This document shows, one piece after another, positions 59,137 to 64,000 of a stretch of 64,000 nucleotides of DNA. Made by a program: the position numbers and the translations under genes. The stretch lies in NCBI GenBank assembly GCA_964106645.2, contig OZ067050.1; one strand, written 5' to 3'. Source of the stretch: Podarcis pityusensis. Lineage: Eukaryota. How positions within the stretch are numbered: the first letter of the stretch is position 1; each line of letters opens with the position of its first letter. The notes beneath the pieces are model-generated. The model saw only the letters and a program-made list of their open reading frames with translations, did no database searches and was not told where the DNA came from.

Positions 59137-60150
59137 ATGAAGGAGAAAATAAGTAATGAATCCTCTGTCTCTGAATTTCTGCTCCTGGAGTTCTCAACAA
59201 TACGAGAACTGCAGATTCTACACTTCTCTCTGTTCCTGGCATTGTATCTGGCAACTGTATTTGGGAATCTTCTCATCATCTCTGCTGTAGCTTTTGACCA
59301 CTACCTTCACACTCCCATGTACTTCTTTCTGATGAACTTGGCCATCCAGGACCTAGGGGCTGTTTCAGTCACCATCCCCAAATCCATCGTGAATTCTCTC
59401 ATGAATACCAGACACATTTCTTACACTGGATGCGTTGCTCAAGTTCTTTTATTTGTTTTCTTTTTATCATCTGATTTTTCCCTTCTAACAGTCATGGCAT
59501 ATGATCGCTATGTTGCCATTTGCAATCCATTACAATATGAAATGTTGATGAACATGGCAGCCTGCAAACAAATGGTTGCTGGTGTGTGGGTAGCTGGCCT
59601 TCTGTATGCAGTCATGCACACAAGTGCAACTTTTGCAACCCCTTTCTGCTCCAACATTGTCAATCAGTTCTTTTGTGAGATCCCACAGTTACTTATACTT
59701 GCTTGCTCAAACTTCTACCTAATGGAAATTGGAGCTATAGTGGTGAGTATAACATTTGTGTTTGGATGTTTTGTCTTCATTGTTGTCACTTATGTGCACA
59801 TCTTCACTGCAGTTCTGAAAATCCCTTCTGTTGAGGGAAGGAAAAAGGCGTTCTCCACTTGCATACCTCACCTTGTTGTCTTCTCCGTATTTTGTTTCAC
59901 TGCATGTTTTGCTTACCTTAGGCCTCCCTCTAAGACTCCATCTGATGGAGACTTTGCATTAACTGTGATGTATAGTCTTGTACCACCCATGTTCAATCCA
60001 ATAATCTACAGCATGAGGAATAAGGAGATAAAAAATGCATTATCAAAACTGTTGGCTTTGAGGAAATCTCCTCTGGATATATTTTCCAGGCTTGTTCTGA
60101 AAAGGTGTAATCAAAGGGAGTTCCTGGAATATAGCATCATTTCAAGTTAA
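59137..60150 (+). CDS. Olfactory receptor, family 14-like (337 aa), near-identical paralog of the 46146 gene with a 12-aa longer C-terminus
   Basis: OR motifs; start MKEKISNES at 59137; CAA where the paralog has TAA. Confidence 0.92.
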   Translation: MKEKISNESSVSEFLLLEFSTIRELQILHFSLFLALYLATVFGNLLIISAVAFDHYLHTPMYFFLMNLAIQDLGAVSVTIPKSIVNSLMNTRHISYTGCVAQVLLFVFFLSSDFSLLTVMAYDRYVAICNPLQYEMLMNMAACKQMVAGVWVAGLLYAVMHTSATFATPFCSNIVNQFFCEIPQLLILACSNFYLMEIGAIVVSITFVFGCFVFIVVTYVHIFTAVLKIPSVEGRKKAFSTCIPHLVVFSVFCFTACFAYLRPPSKTPSDGDFALTVMYSLVPPMFNPIIYSMRNKEIKNALSKLLALRKSPLDIFSRLVLKRCNQREFLEYSIISS

Positions 60151-61528
60151 ATCTTCCTGATAAATTCATATATGCAGACTCAACATCTGCCCTGTGTCAC
60201 ATGGTCATCTTGCATTCCTTCGCTTGTCAGATTACATGGCATGTTGATAATCCATTTATGTATGTATGTTGAAGTTTATACCCCATTGTTCACTTGCATA
60301 GTTTTCAAAGTGGCCTACAACAAGCTGAACACATCTCAGTAGCACTTAATCCTCTGGTTTATAGATAGTAACAGGTCATGTTTCCTGTCTATTCTGTCAC
60401 CCCACATCATGCAAAGAGCCATTTTAACAGACTATTCAGGTTTTCAAAGGAGTGACAGAACCTAGATGAAATGATTTTTGGCATTGCCTGGATTTCATAG
60501 ATTTACTGGAATGTCACATGCGCACATATCTGAATTAACATCTCAGCAAAAAGTTGGAGGCAGTCAGAAATACAAACACTGCCCTGTGATAGGGAAGTGT
60601 CAGAATGCATGGGAAATAATACAAACTCTTTGCAAAAATATGTTGCCATCTAAAGGAAGCTCAGGAGAAAACACAAAAGAGACACACCTCCTCACCCGCC
60701 AGTGTAGATTTTACATCACTCCTGAAACAAGAACAGATCAGGGACCAGAGGTATTCACCATTCCCTTAGAAACATATAGAAGTGTGATGGAATAACAAAT
60801 AGATAAATGTGATTGCAGTGGACAGATCTTGAGTTAGCAGCAGTCAGATATTGTTAGAACATCAACCAATCTGGAAGAACTGGTGAGTAAATAATACAGA
60901 ACTTTGCTGTCCAACAAATTGGGATTTTATGCCAGTTAGATAGGGACTGTTCGTCATTTAGACAGCAACCTGGAGAGAGAAGGACCTATTCTGATTGGGA
61001 TTAGGAACTACTGTAGCTAAACATGGATAACAAATTTGATTCCTTGAAGGGGAATTAAAAGTCTTAGAAGGGGTTGTAAGATAGTTGCTAGGGCAGTGAA
61101 ACAAATGCCGATTGTAAGTGGAAATAGTCTATCCTGAGAAGAAGTTTGAAGAAAAGTGCTGACTGGGGTTTTAAAGTTCAGTGTAAAGAGTGTCTGCCTG
61201 AAACGACATGCTGTGCCTTACATGAATATGCATGTATAAAATGAAGTGTTGTGCCTTTGAAGAGTAACCATAAAGCTGGAACCCACATGTAAGTGTAAGG
61301 AAACTGAAGTCTCTAGTGTTGTTAATAAGGAGAGTTGTATCTTTTAAACAGAAAATTGGTCATGCTATCCAGTTCCCATTTTCAGTTTAGAGAGTCTGAC
61401 ACAGTGATCACTGACACAAAGTATCAGAATCTTAAACAACAAAACAAAACAAAACAAAAACCTAGTCCTTTTAGAAACAAAATATTAGACCGTAGTTTTA
61501 CACTGGAGAAGTAATTCCACACAGAGAA

Positions 61529-61913
61529 TGTTGGCATAATTCCGTTCCACCTTAAGAACAGACGTGTGGAATTGTTGTATGTCACATGCCTGTTTACACT
61601 TCAGCACAGCTTGCTGGGAACTTTCGTTTTGTGTATAGCTATTGCTTATGCTGCTTGCTTTGGACATGAAGGGGATCAGACATGTTTTCCTTTTGTCCTG
61701 ATGTATGCTGAATAAACTGCTTGTAAATATGCTCACACATACTTCTGTTGCGTAGCGTTATCTCTGCTGATTAGAGCATGCCCTAGCTTTTGAAGTTTGG
61801 GCTGCTGATTCATGTGGCACCAAGGACTGGAGTTTGTCCGGTACACCAGCTGGTGGGATGGAGCCAGCTGGGGGCCTCCCAATTGCCCCCGCTTCCTTGG
61901 TTGTATGCCAACA
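61529..61913 (+). mobile_element. Solo LTR (385 bp, 5-bp TSD; Copia/BEL/Gypsy class unresolved)
   Basis: 10-bp terminal IR TGTTGGCATA / TATGCCAACA; TSD GAGAA; internal AATAAA; empty site in the paralog at ~55890-55920. Confidence 0.88.
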
Positions 61914-62165
61914 GAGAATTGAGGGTCAGCTTCCAAGATCAGATGGAGGCTATCCCATTTACAATATTATGTGAATACAGAACTTTTGCTAGGACTAAAA
62001 ACTTTTCATGCTCTGGGACTTATTGAAAGATGACACACAATAAGCCACACAAAAGACTTCATATTGAACAGAGGTATCCTTATTTCTTTTAAGGAATAAG
62101 CAAGGTGAACATTGTATTTAAATGGAAAATACCAATACACATAAAGAGTTTGTGTTTATGCACAT

Positions 62166-62967
62166 TTGTTGTTTAGTCGTTTAGTCGTGTCCAACTCTTC
62201 GTGACTCCATGGACCAGAGCAGGCCAGGCACTCCTGTCTTCCACTGCCTCCCGCAGTTTGGTCAGACTCATGTTTGTAGCTTCGAAAACACTGTCCAACC
62301 ATCTCGTCCTCTGTCGTCCCCTTCTCCTTGTGCCCTCCATCTTTCCCAACATCAGGGTCTTTTCCAGGGAGTCTTCTCTTCTCATGAGGTGGCCAAAGTA
62401 TTGGAGCCTCAGCTTCATGATCTGTCCTTCCAATGAGCACTCAGGGCTAATTTCCTTAAGAATGGATGCGTTTGATCTTCTTGCAGTCCATGGGACTCTC
62501 AAGAGTCTCCTCCAGCACCATAATTCAAAAGCATCAATTCTTCGGGGATCAGCCTTCTTTATGGTCCAGCTTTCACTTCCATACATCACTACTGGGAAAA
62601 CCATGGCTTTCACTATACGGACCTTTGTTGGCAAGGTGATGTTTCTGCTTTTTAAGATGCTGTCTAGGTTTGCCATCGCCTTTCTCCCAAGGAGCAGGCG
62701 TCTTTTAATTTCGTGGCTGCTGTCACCATCTGCAGTGATCATGGAGCCCAAGAAGGTAAAATCTCTCACTGCCTCCATTTCTTCCCCTTCTATTTGCCAG
62801 GAGGTGATGGGCCCAGTGGCCATGATCTTCGTTTTTTTGATGTTGAGCTTCAGACCATATTTTGCGCTCTCCTCTTTCACCCTCATTAAAAGGTTCTTTA
62901 ATTCCTCCTCACTTTTTGCCATCATGGTTGTGTCATCTGCATATCTGAGGTTGTTGATATTTCTTCC
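62166..62967 (-). mobile_element. Bov-B (RTE) LINE, 5'-truncated, with an open RT C-terminal frame
   Basis: NLRYADDT through RRIDAFELWCWRRLLRVPWTARRSN to TRLND; (CAA)n tail. Confidence 0.95.
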
Positions 62968-63598
62968 TGAAGGAATGGGTTTCCAAAACCCAAAAACTGA
63001 CTGTGCAGGCAGTTTTTAAACTGCACCAAAATCCCTATTTTCCCTTAGCTAAAATGCATAAACTCAAGCCGTTGAGTAAATCCATAACAAGAACAGAGCC
63101 CTCTGCTTTATCAGTTGTGACGGCAACTATGGCCTTCACTGTACCAGTAGTAGAACAGAACAGAGAGAAGACACGTCAGAACTTTATCTTATGTGCTGAC
63201 CACAAAGACGCGCAGACCCAATCTGGGAACAGCGCCAGAGCGTGTTCCCGCAGATGATGTAGGAAGAGGAAGATCCTTTTATGGTCAGGAGTGCAGGAAG
63301 GAAGATCCTTTTATGGTTGAGAGTACCAGAGCAGGAACATATGTGATGTCAACCTGTGTACGTAGGCCGACGTGGTTGGGCTCCTAGGGGAGGAGTGAGA
63401 GGGTGCCTGGAGGATATATAAACTGCATGAAACTGGTCATTTCTTTGGACTTGCTGTGGACTTGATCACGCAAGTGCCTTCTGCTATCCGGACAGCAGAA
63501 TAAACTCTTTCTTTGAATCAACCTCAGGTGTTGTTTGACTTCCTTCCTCCTGTCCCAGAGCAACACTGACCCAATCGGTGAATTCCAATAAGGCTACA
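62968..63598 (+). mobile_element. Solo LTR (631 bp, 4-bp TSD, ERV1-like) nested at the Bov-B 5' end
   Basis: TG...CA ends; TSD TTCC (62964-62967 / 63599-63602); TATATAAA at ~63415; AATAAA at ~63499; internal direct repeat AGGAAGATCCTTTTATGGT. Confidence 0.8.
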
Positions 63599-63691
63599 TT
63601 CCGGAGATTCCGGTGTACAGTTCTTCTGGACTTTGAAGTAAAGATATATATGTATAGAGATCTGCTAACACTATCACCATGCTAGCTAATA

Positions 63692-64000
63692 CAGTGGTGC
63701 CCCGCAAGACGAATGCCTCGCAAGACGAAAAACTCGCTAGACGAAAGGGTTTTGTGGTTTTTGAGCTGCTTCGCAAGACAAATTTCCCTATGGGCTTGCT
63801 TCGCAGGACGAAAACGTCTTGCAAGTTTGTTTCCTTTTTCTTAACACCGTTAATAAGTTGCGACTTGACTTCAAGGAGCAACTCATAGAACGCGGTGTGG
63901 TAGCCTTTTTTGAGGTTTTTGGTGATTTTTGAAGCTTTTCCAAAACTTTTCCGACACCGTGCTTCGCAAGACAAAAAATTCGCTAGACGAAAAAACTCGC
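63692..64000. mobile_element. Tc1/mariner (Tigger-like) MITE, runs past the window end
   Basis: TA|CAGTGGTGCCCCGC start with repeated subterminal GCAAGACGAA / GCTAGACGAA motifs. Confidence 0.75.

Noticed and set aside
62201-63019. 272-aa and 143-aa (56228-56659) plus-strand ORFs
   Set aside because: Antisense shadows of the Bov-B RT frame
63692-64000. Short GCAAGACGAA repeats with spacers, superficially CRISPR-like
   Set aside because: Vertebrate DNA, irregular spacing, and a TA|CAGTGG start identify a mariner-type MITE

Overview
Eukaryotic DNA from a squamate reptile (Sauria SINEs and Bov-B point to a lizard, probably a lacertid). The window is the junction of two chemoreceptor clusters. 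Positions 385-8470 (+) hold exons 2-6 of a vomeronasal type-2 receptor (V2R, class C GPCR). It is intact except for a fresh Penelope-like hairpin insertion in exon 4 that introduces a stop codon. Eight intact single-coding-exon olfactory receptors (family 14-like) follow: four on the minus strand (10.8-33.4 kb) and four on the plus strand (40.3-60.2 kb), head to head. The plus-strand genes sit in tandemly duplicated 6-8 kb units with conserved O/E(EBF)- and homeodomain-type promoter motifs. Intergenic DNA is dense with mobile elements: an L2 LINE with an uninterrupted 982-aa EN+RT ORF; Sauria SINEs; Bov-B, CR1 and L1 fragments; solo LTRs; Tc1/mariner MITEs; Gypsy integrase relics; and a decayed Ngaro/DIRS element (tyrosine recombinase + SGNH hydrolase). 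The most interesting signals are: (i) three Penelope pseudo-LTR insertions carrying minimal hammerhead ribozymes, two as perfect 81- and 169-bp hairpins, one of which knocks out the V2R; (ii) a conserved, wobble-supported fold-back structure in three Ngaro terminal modules; (iii) an in-frame Kozak ATG apparently created by a 16-bp junction duplication in front of the L2 ORF. I see no evidence for a wholly new gene system. All identities quoted are by eye.
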